From the IMG/VR virus record IMGVR_UViG_3300042275_000327, positions 1 through 64,000 of that record: a stretch of DNA of 64,000 bases; one strand, 5' to 3'. Every line of letters begins with the position of its first letter. Within the stretch, counting starts at the first letter, position 1. Of this stretch, positions 37,922 to 48,119 are shown piece after piece. A program made the translations under genes and the position numbers. The notes beneath the pieces were generated by a model that worked only from the letters and a program-made list of their open reading frames with translations, did not search any database and was not told the origin of the DNA. This DNA comes from a virus (taxonomy: Duplodnaviria; Caudoviricetes).

Positions 37922-39796
37922 TTATGTTAATCCTTGTGTATCTATATTTACTTCATTGATTCCAAATATCTGATTTCTTCCTTTTGGAATGATATCTACC
38001 TGAGTGGTTCCTACTTGGAACTCAAATTTCAACTGAAGATTATCATGCCAATCTGCTGGGATTCCTTTTCCTACTGAGACACCTTCTAGAATTGCTGTAT
38101 TGTAGTTGAAAACATCTGTAGGAACAATAGGAGCAATCTCAAATGTATCTCCAAAATTAGGAATTCCATCATAAGGAGGAATATCTTCAGAGATGAAGGT
38201 TCCTGCTCCATCATCTGTAGCTATATGGAACCAGCCACCAGTAGTCTCATTCTGATACGAATATGGATGATCTGTTGGAAGAGTATCATCAACATTTCTT
38301 ATATAGATCTTCAATGACTCTGATCTTATACTAGAATGTCCAAGATCAATATCAAAATAGTAAGTCAATCCAGAGGTATCTTCAAAATTACTGATCTGGA
38401 ACAGAATAATGTCAGTTACATGATAAGAAACTGATGGAATAGAATTGATGAAAGAATAATACTGGGAGAAATATAGATTCTCCTTGAATTCTCTACTTAC
38501 ATTTGAGATCTTATATTCTTCTAAAAGATCTTCAGATACTCTGTTTCTTACAAAGTCTGCAGTGAAGACTGTCTTGTCAAAATAGACTGTAGTGTTCACA
38601 TCAAAATAAGTTATCTTTGGACTGACAAACTGAATAATATCTGTAAGACATTTTCTTGGGAGAAGAGCTTCTTGTATAGCATCCTGCTGATCTTCATCAA
38701 TAGGAGTAGCTTCTCCTGTAATATCAGAGATGACAAGTCCAGAGACATAAATCAGATTCTCATTCAACTCAATGAAATTTCCAATAGGATCATTGTTGTC
38801 AATATTAGTTTCTGCTTCTCCCCAGACAGACACTTTGTCAGGAATGTTTGTATTGATAATTGCAGCAGTATAGTCTTGTTTTGTGACTAGTGTATTTCCT
38901 GTCTTGAAAGCAAGAGGAGCAGACTGTCTTATAGTCTCAATATCTTCTATTTCTCTTCCTCCTGTCACATAACTTCTATTAGTACAATAGAGACTGACTG
39001 CAGTCCCATTGACATCTCTGAAGGAAGAAATCACTTGAGTAATGTTGTTTGTTCTAAGAACTTCTCCTAATTCACCAGCAGTCTCAATGAAAGTAACAGA
39101 AATGATATCTCCAGAAGTGATCTTCTTAGATGTCAGACCATCTCCAAATGAGATTGTAATACCAGAGAAATCTAGATTATTTTTTATTGTATAGATAAGA
39201 TCATCTTTTCCAGAAGACTCCCCAAAGTGGTCTACCTTATTCCATACAACATTGTTGACTCTGACTTCTAGTATCTCATCTTCTACACTGTCATTCTCAA
39301 TATAAACTGAATGATTTGTCAGCTCAATATCTGTATAAGTAGAAGTAAGAAATTCTTCTGTTCTTACAAGTCCTTGGACAATTGGAACAAGAGTCTCATT
39401 ATTAGAAGAGAATAGACTTGCTTCTTCATAGGAAGCAAAATAGTATTCTCCATTGTAGAATTGAGAAAACTTAGGAATGTTCACCTGATATGGCCAAGAT
39501 CCATTGAATGACGGAGAAGAAGAAACTGAAAGATTCCCCTTAGCTCCGATCTTTCTGTGAGGAGTGTATCCAAAAAAGTCTGACTGAGCAATCAGAGAAG
39601 ATAAATTCTGGGCAGTAGACCACTTTGCCTCATTTGTAAGATACTCATTATATCTCATTTCTTCTGACAACTCTTCTGCTATAGCTTCAATGAGTCTTTG
39701 GTTTGTTGAATAGAATAAGATACCACTATTTTCCAATCTCTTTGAAAGATTGTCTTTCAGTCTATCTCGTATTGCTTCAAAGGTGAATTCAATCAT
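37922..39796 (-). CDS. Baseplate wedge protein (T4 gp6 / baseplate J-like)
   Basis: TA...S...GYTP, ISFGDG, GGREIEDIETIRQSAP, LVTKQDY, VWGE. Confidence 0.85.
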   Translation of the reverse strand: MIEFTFEAIRDRLKDNLSKRLENSGILFYSTNQRLIEAIAEELSEEMRYNEYLTNEAKWSTAQNLSSLIAQSDFFGYTPHRKIGAKGNLSVSSSPSFNGSWPYQVNIPKFSQFYNGEYYFASYEEASLFSSNNETLVPIVQGLVRTEEFLTSTYTDIELTNHSVYIENDSVEDEILEVRVNNVVWNKVDHFGESSGKDDLIYTIKNNLDFSGITISFGDGLTSKKITSGDIISVTFIETAGELGEVLRTNNITQVISSFRDVNGTAVSLYCTNRSYVTGGREIEDIETIRQSAPLAFKTGNTLVTKQDYTAAIINTNIPDKVSVWGEAETNIDNNDPIGNFIELNENLIYVSGLVISDITGEATPIDEDQQDAIQEALLPRKCLTDIIQFVSPKITYFDVNTTVYFDKTVFTADFVRNRVSEDLLEEYKISNVSREFKENLYFSQYYSFINSIPSVSYHVTDIILFQISNFEDTSGLTYYFDIDLGHSSIRSESLKIYIRNVDDTLPTDHPYSYQNETTGGWFHIATDDGAGTFISEDIPPYDGIPNFGDTFEIAPIVPTDVFNYNTAILEGVSVGKGIPADWHDNLQLKFEFQVGTTQVDIIPKGRNQIFGINEVNIDTQGLT

Positions 39797-40188
39797 CTCA
39801 ATCTCCTGATGTTTTCAATCATATTGATACTCTCTCTAAATTCTGGACTATAAGCTTCAATATGAATTTCCCAGTATTCTCTTTCATAATTAGGAATCAC
39901 TTCAATCAGATTTGGAATAAGAACAGGATAGAACTCATCAACGAATCCATCTAAGATTGCTCTTTTGATAGCTAATGATGTTTCTTCTGATATAGGCTTC
40001 ATGAGCCATCTTGTAATATATCCACCTCTATCAGGATCTCTGATGATTTCTCCTTTGAAAGAAGATATCCACTGTCTTAAAGCATTAGTGATTGCTTCTC
40101 TTCCTTCAAGGATCTTAAGAGCTCCAGTAGTCTCGAGTTCTGCATCAATAGAGTAGTCTTTGTAGAGTGTCTGATTGGTTGTTTTCAT
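39793..40188 (-). CDS. Baseplate wedge gp25-like protein
   Basis: AITNALRQWISSFKGE...P.RGG; located upstream of the gp6-like gene. Confidence 0.75.
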   Translation of the reverse strand: MKTTNQTLYKDYSIDAELETTGALKILEGREAITNALRQWISSFKGEIIRDPDRGGYITRWLMKPISEETSLAIKRAILDGFVDEFYPVLIPNLIEVIPNYEREYWEIHIEAYSPEFRESINMIENIRRLR

Positions 40189-40210
40189 AGTATTCTAATA
40201 ATAATAGTTT

Positions 40211-41776
40211 CTAAGAAGCAAAAATTCCATTTGCTCTATGTAGAATACCATTTGCTGTCACTTCTCTATTCACTGTTATAGAAGAAGAAGTTCTAGAAAT
40301 GACTAGAAAAATTCCTTCAGTAGGAATATAGATATATTGTCCTGATGAAAGTTCATGCTCTCCTAGTGTGAGAACAAAACCAGTCAGATCTTTAGTGTAT
40401 GAATAAGAAGCAGTCTCATAGGCTAAAGACTGATCTGAGCCACTATCATATATATCAATGGAGCTCATGTCTTGAATCTTTACTCTATAGCTATATAGTT
40501 TATTAACTTCTATAGAAGATTCATCCTGGAAGCTCAGAGTGACCTCTGGGAGGTCAATAGAACTTACTTCATACTCTGCTCCATATGCATCATTAGATAA
40601 GTCAGAAGTTGAAAGAATTTCTTTTCTATAAATGATAATTCTACTAAAGCAAGGAAGAGAATTTACTAAAATGATAATTCTGTTCTCTTCGTCTCTGAAT
40701 ACTGCAGAAATAGAAGGAGTAGGAAGAAACTTTTCATAGTCTGATTCAAAGAGGATCTCTAGTTGTTTTTTCTTTTTTGCTAAAGAGGTGATTGTGTTAG
40801 ATAAAGCAATAGATAGCCCTTGAACTGAAACAAGTGTAGATTGAGGTTTTCCCAACATCAATTGAATCCAGAAATAATACTGCTTTCTTATTCCAGTCGT
40901 TAGATCTCCATTGAAGCTCTCCATCAAAAAAGAAACTCTTTCTAACAAACTTGTTTTTATTTCCTCCAACTTAGTTTCTATCGAACTTGGACTTCCCTCA
41001 AATCCTAGAAGTCCATCAAAGGTTGTTCTATTATAAGTGCCTTGAAGTGTATTCAGAAATGACTGAAGATCTGCTTCAAATCCTGAAATTGTTATCCCAT
41101 AGCCTTCTAGTCCTACTGGTAAATCTAGATAGCTATCTGGATTTGTCAGAAAAGGATTGCTGCTAGAAGAAATATAAATTGATTCTAGCTTATCTGTATA
41201 GAAAGATGCAAGATTATTTAAAGCATCTATAAGATCTGTTATCAAAATTTCTAGTGTAGAATCATAAGAGTCTCTATGAGTATAATGTCCTTCTGTATCT
41301 TTGTCTTCTCTTGCTGCTCTTATTTCAACAACTTTTGCAACAACTAAACCAGCAGGTATACCAATAGAAGAGTTATCATAGTCACTAGTAGAAGACATCC
41401 CATTGTTTGAGAGCCATCTAGAGGACTCATTGAATTCTTGATCAGATATAGAAGCATAAAATCCATCGCCATTTGGAGAGGAAAGATCATCTATCATCTT
41501 ATTCATAAGAGAGGTAGAATAAGCATTTTGTGACAATACTAAATTAGGAGAGGAGAAAGATCTATTGTCAATAAAATTAATTTCTTTTGCCATTAGAGCA
41601 AGAATATCCAATATTGCATATTCATCAGGATTTACAGCTGACCTAGTAAGATATTGATAGATAAAATCCCTTTCTTCTTCAGCAATGACTTTATTCTGTT
41701 CAATAGTTATTTTTCCTGATAAAGAAAGAGCTCTCTCTTCTACTAGTGAGTCTATTTTTTCTTGTATCGAAATCAT
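40211..41776 (-). CDS. Hypothetical virion protein (C-terminal FN3-like segment)
   Basis: IIIYRK...FQD...YSYRVK; baseplate cluster. Confidence 0.55.
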   Translation of the reverse strand: MISIQEKIDSLVEERALSLSGKITIEQNKVIAEEERDFIYQYLTRSAVNPDEYAILDILALMAKEINFIDNRSFSSPNLVLSQNAYSTSLMNKMIDDLSSPNGDGFYASISDQEFNESSRWLSNNGMSSTSDYDNSSIGIPAGLVVAKVVEIRAAREDKDTEGHYTHRDSYDSTLEILITDLIDALNNLASFYTDKLESIYISSSSNPFLTNPDSYLDLPVGLEGYGITISGFEADLQSFLNTLQGTYNRTTFDGLLGFEGSPSSIETKLEEIKTSLLERVSFLMESFNGDLTTGIRKQYYFWIQLMLGKPQSTLVSVQGLSIALSNTITSLAKKKKQLEILFESDYEKFLPTPSISAVFRDEENRIIILVNSLPCFSRIIIYRKEILSTSDLSNDAYGAEYEVSSIDLPEVTLSFQDESSIEVNKLYSYRVKIQDMSSIDIYDSGSDQSLAYETASYSYTKDLTGFVLTLGEHELSSGQYIYIPTEGIFLVISRTSSSITVNREVTANGILHRANGIFAS

Positions 41777-42201
41777 ATCACTCCTCCACTTGTATAATAA
41801 GTAACAACAGCTTGAGCAAGAATACTAGCTGCCATCTGTATTTGTGCACCTTGTCTCATTGATAGAGCAGATTCTATTTGCTGTCCTAGAAGACTTAATC
41901 CTACAGGAGGTGCTGTGGGTGCAATTAGAGATACTCCATTAGCAATCAGTCTAGAAGTTATTGAAATTTGAGTTCCTTGCCTCATTGACAATGCCTGTTG
42001 AATCATAGATATTCCTGCAGATGTGCCTGTTGGAATTAATGGGACTGGAGTAGGAATAACAGGAAATAATCCCATTGGTGCAACTGATGCTACAGCTGAG
42101 GAAATCATAGATGCAGTTATCTGAGTCTGAGCTCCTTGCTTCATAGACAAAGCAGAAATAAACTGACTTTGTAAAATTGAAAGTCCAGCTGCTATTGGCA
42201 T
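41773..42201 (-). CDS. Small hydrophobic protein with three internal repeats
   Basis: ALSM(K/R)QG(A/T)Q x3. Confidence 0.65.
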   Translation of the reverse strand: MPIAAGLSILQSQFISALSMKQGAQTQITASMISSAVASVAPMGLFPVIPTPVPLIPTGTSAGISMIQQALSMRQGTQISITSRLIANGVSLIAPTAPPVGLSLLGQQIESALSMRQGAQIQMAASILAQAVVTYYTSGGVI

Positions 42202-42407
42202 ATTTTCTTCATCAGATTAGAAATCTTTTCTATACAATAAGAAGCAGATTTCCTACTCTTCAATATCAGAGAGGTCTCGTGGACAAAATATTCTAATATA
42301 TTCAGTCTCTCTTCTTTCCTTTCTTTGTCTGTGGTGATAGAAAGAAATTGATTTGCTAAGTCTTGTCTTCCTGTTGATACTAGCTGTTTATAAATCTCAT
42401 TTTCCAT
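42192..42407 (-). CDS. Hypothetical protein
   Basis: AAGGA RBS; lies between the spike and the repeat protein. Confidence 0.55.
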   Translation of the reverse strand: MENEIYKQLVSTGRQDLANQFLSITTDKERKEERLNILEYFVHETSLILKSRKSASYCIEKISNLMKKICQ

Positions 42408-42418
42408 ATAATGATTCC

Positions 42419-43192
42419 TTAGTCTGTCTGTATGATAGACTTCATATTTTCTAATCTTGACTTCAGAGCACTCAAAGGAGCTCCAGAAGATTCTTGAGCA
42501 GGCATTGTTGGACCAGTTGGTGCTATATGATTATGGTCTAAGAGCTTTTCTAATATTTCCTTCAATGGACTAAATAGAACTGCAAAATCAGAAGCATTTC
42601 CAATTTCAAAACTTTCAACATTTGAAAATATCACCTTCTTACTTTCATTGTCAAATAGAAATGAGACATTAGAAAAGACAAACTGAATTGATCCATTTTC
42701 TAAAAAATCAATCTCAGACTCTAGATACTTCAGTTTCATTGTCCCATTAGACCTTATATGAATAAAAGATCCAGATGGAAATATAGTTCCTTGTTCTCCA
42801 GTTTCTGTATTGGTAAACTGAATTTTTCCGCTATTGTCTTTCAATAGTCTAGGTTGAGGATATGTCTGTTCTTCTAGATCTTCTATAGCATTCTGTACTT
42901 CTTCCAATAAAGACTCATAAGGATACTTTGGCTCTAAATATGGAACCTCATCTAGATAGTAGAAAGCTGTCCAGTCTTCTGATACTTCACAGTAGATAAA
43001 AGAATCTAACTCTGGTACTGAGTGTATGAAAGCTCCATTCTCTTTAGACATTCCAGAAATATCTCTGATAAGAGGTCTTGCCCAAGGAAGATCATCTACA
43101 GAATATGAGTTCATCTCAGGAAAAATTCTTACCTGAACTTTTCCCTTTAAATCTGGATCATTGTTGTCTATAACTAATGCTAATTTTTTCAT
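42419..43192 (-). CDS. Baseplate central spike (gp5/gpV/VgrG OB-fold)
   Basis: VIDNNDPDLKGKVQVRI...LPWARP...VPE; C-terminal HNH..PTGPT. Confidence 0.8.
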   Translation of the reverse strand: MKKLALVIDNNDPDLKGKVQVRIFPEMNSYSVDDLPWARPLIRDISGMSKENGAFIHSVPELDSFIYCEVSEDWTAFYYLDEVPYLEPKYPYESLLEEVQNAIEDLEEQTYPQPRLLKDNSGKIQFTNTETGEQGTIFPSGSFIHIRSNGTMKLKYLESEIDFLENGSIQFVFSNVSFLFDNESKKVIFSNVESFEIGNASDFAVLFSPLKEILEKLLDHNHIAPTGPTMPAQESSGAPLSALKSRLENMKSIIQTD

Positions 43193-44355
43193 CTCATTAA
43201 TTTCCCAGTCAATTTACTCTGTAGAGGATATTCTGTTTTCTGTCTTGAAAGAATCATTTGTGTATATCCTTTCATTTCTTTAGAATTCCAAGAATGCTTA
43301 GTCCCTTCAACTAGATATTTTCCAGAATAAGAAGCAGAAGTAGACTCACTCTCATAGTCAACATCCAATTCTACTGTAAGTCCTGCTCTTACAGATGTAT
43401 CTAGAAGAGTAGTAACAACAATCTTGTCAGTAAGAAAATTTTTCTTTTTGAGAAGATTGATTTTTATCTTTGCTTGTTCAATTGAGGTAGAAGAGCTGAA
43501 TTTGTCATTGAAAACTATATACTTCTGAGTATATAAGTCTAAAATATTCATTCTGGAGTTTATATTATCAACAAGTCTCTTCTCTTCTTTTTCTAATCCT
43601 AAGGAGCCAGACTCATCAAAGTAGAACAAATCAAAATTCAGATAGTCATGAATGTCTTCTAGTTTAGATGTGTATGGTCTGAAATCCAGAACTTTCTGAA
43701 CTTCTCTTATATCTTTTCTTCCTACTCTATAGACAAGAGTCTTAGAAGCAGACTTATCAAGCATACTAGAAAGAGTCTCATAATGAAATCTATTAGAAGA
43801 ATCTATAAAGCAATAGAAAGGCTCCTCTGAGTTCTCTGATGAACGAGAATTAGGAAGTAGTATAGTAGTAATGAAGTCTTTGAAGGATAGTCCTGGATTG
43901 TAATATGGGCTATCCTGTATTCTATTAGTTCTCTCTATAGAAAGGCTTTTGAACTTCTCATTCTGTACAATAGATCTGACTATCTCTGAAGGAACATCAG
44001 AGTAGGCTTTACTTTCAGAAGTGAATTTTGTAATAAATGAATGAATCAGATCAATCCCAATCTGTCCATTCATATATTGAGAATACTTCTGGTCTATTGT
44101 CTGAAAATTATTCACTACAAATGGAATTGTGACATCTTCATTATTATATCCAATTGTGAATACAAAATCAAGACCAAGAGTTCCTAGTCTGGACTCTAGA
44201 AATATTCCTGAAGAATCATTGAGAGACATCTTGGCTTTTGGATAGATAGAATAAATAGAATCCGACAATGAAAGATCTGCATCCCTTGCATCTAGAAAGG
44301 ATGAAGATCCATGAACTTCTAATTCTAATGTATAGAGGTCAGCAATTGAATTCAT
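43189..44355 (-). CDS. Baseplate hub protein (gp27-like)
   Basis: RAG..VEL...SGKYLVEGTKH; upstream of the spike. Confidence 0.65.
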   Translation of the reverse strand: MNSIADLYTLELEVHGSSSFLDARDADLSLSDSIYSIYPKAKMSLNDSSGIFLESRLGTLGLDFVFTIGYNNEDVTIPFVVNNFQTIDQKYSQYMNGQIGIDLIHSFITKFTSESKAYSDVPSEIVRSIVQNEKFKSLSIERTNRIQDSPYYNPGLSFKDFITTILLPNSRSSENSEEPFYCFIDSSNRFHYETLSSMLDKSASKTLVYRVGRKDIREVQKVLDFRPYTSKLEDIHDYLNFDLFYFDESGSLGLEKEEKRLVDNINSRMNILDLYTQKYIVFNDKFSSSTSIEQAKIKINLLKKKNFLTDKIVVTTLLDTSVRAGLTVELDVDYESESTSASYSGKYLVEGTKHSWNSKEMKGYTQMILSRQKTEYPLQSKLTGKLMR

Positions 44356-44672
44356 TCTTTGTCTACTTTATTCTTTATGAGGAATCTATCAAGATCTCTT
44401 TTACTAGGCAATAATATAGTTTCTCCTGGAGTGAGAATATGAACTGAACTTATTCCATTCATCCATAGTACAATATCATCATATTCAGAAGAACCATAGG
44501 ACTCATAACAAAGAAGATAGAATCTTTCCTTATATCTTTGAGTAATTGTTACCTCTTTTAGAGGATCATTGAAGACAAATTCTTTTATTGGAAAAGAAAG
44601 AACATCAGGATATTTGTCTCCCTTATCATTTGTCATATGGCTTTCTTTCATGGCTATATATCTAGATTTCAT
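44352..44672 (-). CDS. Baseplate wedge gp53/LysM-like protein
   Basis: MKSRY...R.YLLCYE.YG...IVLWMNGI...L.PGETILLPS; likely start 44672. Confidence 0.7.
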   Translation of the reverse strand: MKSRYIAMKESHMTNDKGDKYPDVLSFPIKEFVFNDPLKEVTITQRYKERFYLLCYESYGSSEYDDIVLWMNGISSVHILTPGETILLPSKRDLDRFLIKNKVDKE

Positions 44673-45304
44673 AGAAGACCCACCATGTCTTGTAACATCT
44701 CTACAGTAGCAGAGAATATAGTTGTGAAGGACAGTTCCATTGTTCCCCAAATAGGATATCCAAATTGATCAGTATGCTTAGAAAATGTTGGAACTGCTCT
44801 AGTGAGAATGATGTTAGAGATCTTGAAATTTCCAATATAACAGTGAATACTTTTGTGTTTTCCCAATCTAGAATCCTCAAAAGCAGACAAAACAGAAGGT
44901 CCTGGACCAACTAAAGATCCCTTAGCTCCTGTTTCTGTTGGGAGAACCATTTTTGTCAAAGCTATCATTGGATCAATTACTTCAGTCTTTGCATCATTCA
45001 GCATAGAAAATCGAATGCTCAGTGTTGTTGATAGAGGTTCAGTTCCTGTCCAAGTCTGAAATCCTAGTTGTTTCCATTCTCCTCCTATAAGTCCAGCAGC
45101 ACCAGAAGATCCAGTTGAGCTCAATACTCCAGCAATCATCTTGAAAGCTTTTGGAGAAGAAGACTCAGATAGAGAACTATAGCTAGAAGAAAAATTCAGA
45201 GTGAGATCTTCATTAAGAATCATTCTAGCATTTTCTGTTCCATCTATAGGACCTCCATCTTGTTGGAAGATAACTTGTTTTCCTTTAGAAATTGGTATGA
45301 TCAT
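44669..45304 (-). CDS. Tail tube initiator/baseplate protein (gp48-like)
   Basis: W.GTEP.S..L...F; PTFS...GYP; directly after the tape measure. Confidence 0.55.
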   Translation of the reverse strand: MIIPISKGKQVIFQQDGGPIDGTENARMILNEDLTLNFSSSYSSLSESSSPKAFKMIAGVLSSTGSSGAAGLIGGEWKQLGFQTWTGTEPLSTTLSIRFSMLNDAKTEVIDPMIALTKMVLPTETGAKGSLVGPGPSVLSAFEDSRLGKHKSIHCYIGNFKISNIILTRAVPTFSKHTDQFGYPIWGTMELSFTTIFSATVEMLQDMVGLL

Positions 45305-45307
45305 TTA

Positions 45308-47911
45308 TTACCTCAATAGCTCGAAATCTAATTTTCCTGGCATTCTCAATTCTGTTATAGAAGGAGCCATCTCTTTATCCTTAAGAGTGTCTAAAATGGA
45401 AGAAAGAAGAGTAACCATCTTATTGAAAGCTGGATTGTCAGAAATTTCAATAGGAGTTTGAATTGCTGTCACTTCTTTAGCTGTAGACTTATAAGATTCT
45501 GAATACGGATTGAAAGAAAGTTTTGCTGCTTGTTTATTCTCATTTAACAGAATAGGAGAATTCTGAGTGGCTACAATAGAATCTTCAGGATGAGTCCTAA
45601 TAATTTGTCCATCTTTATAGATAATAGCATCATCTACAGGAGAAGTTAATCCCTTAAAGGAATCCTTGAAAAAATCTTTGAAGAAAGCCCCAGTCTTCTT
45701 AAAGAATCCTTCATCTTCTTTAGACTGAGTTTCTTTAATAGGCTGCTCTGTACCATAGTAAGAAGAATACTTATCAATTATTCCCTGATTAGTCCCAACA
45801 GTTTCAGGAACAGGAAGACTTTTTTTAGCATAGTCTGCATTTGTATAATATGCTGCTTCATCAGGAGTAGGATTTTTAGATCCTTTCAGCTCTTGGTCTT
45901 TTCCAAGTCCTACAAATTGAAGACCTTTCTGAAGAAATCCTGGAAGGATACTCCATATCCATTCTCCAATACTATCAGCTATATTTGTAAACCAGCTTGT
46001 GAACTTTTCAGACAGATCTTGAAATATCTTATTGTCTTTCATTCCATCAATCCATCCTTTTACAATATTGAATGGACCATCAAGAACTCCTAATATAAGT
46101 TCTCTTACTACTCCTAAAACTTTTTTCCATAAACTCTTGTCTTCATCAAAGGCAATTTCAGATATATTCTCAAATCGAGTTTTCCAACCTGAGAAAAATC
46201 CTGTAATCCCACCAACAATAGGATCTATAATCAGACTGAACCATTCTCCTATCTTGGTTTTGAATATCTCATATTTAGCATCCCACTCATCATTGAGAAA
46301 TAATTTTATTGTTGCATCAGCACCAATAAGAATTCCATCAGTGAAAGAGACTATTCTATCTACTATTCCACCTATGATCTCTTTTCCTATAGAGCCTATT
46401 TTCTGCCAAACAGTTAGCTCATCATCCCCAAGAATATCAGACATAGTAGTCCATCTAGACCCAAAAAATGATGATAAACCACCTTTTACAAAATTATATG
46501 GAACTTCTACAATTCCTAGGATGATCTCCTTTCCTATAGAACCTGTTTTCTGCCAGAAAGTCAATTCATCATCTCCTAGAATCTCTTTGATACTATTGAA
46601 TCTGAAAGTAATGCCAGAAAACACTGAGCTAAATCCATCAATCAGAGGACCAAATAGAGATCTTCCTATCTGAATTACAGAAGTCTTAATTAGTTCTATA
46701 TCCTCAGTATTCTCATTTAGCCATGTCTTCACATTTGCAAGTTGTTCTTTAAACCAGTCTCCAACTCCTTGGAAAAACTGAGCTATATTTTCTCCTCCAA
46801 TCCAGCCTAGAACTCCGCCTAAGACAGCACCAGCTAATCCTCCAGCAAGAGCACCAATAGGTCCACCTGTGAGCATTCCAACACCAGCACCTGTCATTGC
46901 AAATTTTCCAGCATTCTTGAAGGCATCCTTTATGTCTCCACCTTCTCCAGTTCCTCCAAAAAATCCTCCAAGACTAGCAGAAATCTTAGATACTCCCCAG
47001 TTATCTGCTTCTCCCACAGCAATAATTCCATCAATTACTCCCCAAAGAATCCCTCCTGCAAGAGAGGCAATCCCAGCTCCTTTCAACAAAGCTGGTCCAA
47101 GACCTCTAACAGTTGAAGAAGCTAGGCTTCCTGCAGCAAAGTCACCTAGACCAGAGTCTTCACCTGAAACTCCTTTTCTTCCTAGAAGTTTATTGATAGA
47201 CTCAGAGATAAAGACAGCAGCAGATCCTATTAGGCCTGCTCTTTTTAAATTATCTGCTCTAGCAGGAACTTTCTTTTGTAGAAATTCTCCAGCATCTTCT
47301 TCTTTTTCTTTTCTTTTGAAAATCTTTGAAAATCCACCCTTGATCATATCATTCACCTTGATACCAAGTAGATCTTCAAGAGGAGAAGTGATAACACTAA
47401 ACATACCAAGAGAAGAATTCAGTAGAGAGTCTGTGATAGAGCTAACAGAAGACTTGAAAGTATCAACCATCTTGGAGGGTTCTTTAGAACTTTTTGAGAA
47501 CTCTTCTACTGCTTCTTGTATGTCTTCTGTATTCTTTGACATCTCAATGTAGGCTTTTACATTGCTGATTTGCTCATCAGACAGAGAGGAAGAACTAGTA
47601 AATCCTTCAAGTTGCCCAGCAATATTCTTTGAAGCTTCTAGGAATTTCTTAGATGTCATCTCTATAGACTCATCATAGACTTTAAGAGATTTCTCAATCA
47701 CTTCTCTAGACAGTCCAAAAGACTCTGCTGCTTCCTCTCTAGTATCCCTTTCTCTCTGAAGATCCAAAACCTGCTTTTTTGAAGCTTTCAATTCTTCTTG
47801 ATAAGAAAGAACTTTACTTTTTTCAGACTCAGACAGATTTTCTATCAAATCAGATAGAAGATTTTCTAGAGGACTTTCGCTTTTTGTTACACCTGAAGGA
47901 ATTCCTGCCAT
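45308..47911 (-). CDS. Tail tape measure protein
   Basis: 867 aa, helical, Gly/Ala-rich hydrophobic core, W/F-spaced repeats; VDDAII...THPED. Confidence 0.8.
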   Translation of the reverse strand: MAGIPSGVTKSESPLENLLSDLIENLSESEKSKVLSYQEELKASKKQVLDLQRERDTREEAAESFGLSREVIEKSLKVYDESIEMTSKKFLEASKNIAGQLEGFTSSSSLSDEQISNVKAYIEMSKNTEDIQEAVEEFSKSSKEPSKMVDTFKSSVSSITDSLLNSSLGMFSVITSPLEDLLGIKVNDMIKGGFSKIFKRKEKEEDAGEFLQKKVPARADNLKRAGLIGSAAVFISESINKLLGRKGVSGEDSGLGDFAAGSLASSTVRGLGPALLKGAGIASLAGGILWGVIDGIIAVGEADNWGVSKISASLGGFFGGTGEGGDIKDAFKNAGKFAMTGAGVGMLTGGPIGALAGGLAGAVLGGVLGWIGGENIAQFFQGVGDWFKEQLANVKTWLNENTEDIELIKTSVIQIGRSLFGPLIDGFSSVFSGITFRFNSIKEILGDDELTFWQKTGSIGKEIILGIVEVPYNFVKGGLSSFFGSRWTTMSDILGDDELTVWQKIGSIGKEIIGGIVDRIVSFTDGILIGADATIKLFLNDEWDAKYEIFKTKIGEWFSLIIDPIVGGITGFFSGWKTRFENISEIAFDEDKSLWKKVLGVVRELILGVLDGPFNIVKGWIDGMKDNKIFQDLSEKFTSWFTNIADSIGEWIWSILPGFLQKGLQFVGLGKDQELKGSKNPTPDEAAYYTNADYAKKSLPVPETVGTNQGIIDKYSSYYGTEQPIKETQSKEDEGFFKKTGAFFKDFFKDSFKGLTSPVDDAIIYKDGQIIRTHPEDSIVATQNSPILLNENKQAAKLSFNPYSESYKSTAKEVTAIQTPIEISDNPAFNKMVTLLSSILDTLKDKEMAPSITELRMPGKLDFELLR

Positions 47912-47918
47912 TTATATA

Positions 47919-48119
47919 TTATCCTTTTGTTCCTAATAGAGGACATATCATTGGATGCTTTTTCTTATAATCATTCAATCGTTTTACTTGCATGATGATC
48001 TCATGTCCTCTAAATTCATATAGATCTCTTTTAGACCAAGACATTTCTTTACCCAAAAGAAATATCAAATCCTGAATCGTCTGTTTGTTCCAGGGTCGAT
48101 AAGAAATGAAATGTTCGAA
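47919..48119 (-). CDS. Second tail/baseplate chaperone frame (gp51/GT-like), probably reached by +1 frameshift
   Basis: DLIFLLGKEMSWS..DLY..; overlaps the upstream gene in the +1 frame; no convincing start of its own. Confidence 0.55.
   Translation of the reverse strand, partial: FEHFISYRPWNKQTIQDLIFLLGKEMSWSKRDLYEFRGHEIIMQVKRLNDYKKKHPMICPLLGTKG

Noticed and set aside
46032-47552. Long + strand ORFs (46032..46673, 46869..47552) and similar antisense ORFs elsewhere
   Set aside because: They are shadows of real genes on the opposite strand, with no RBS and atypical composition.
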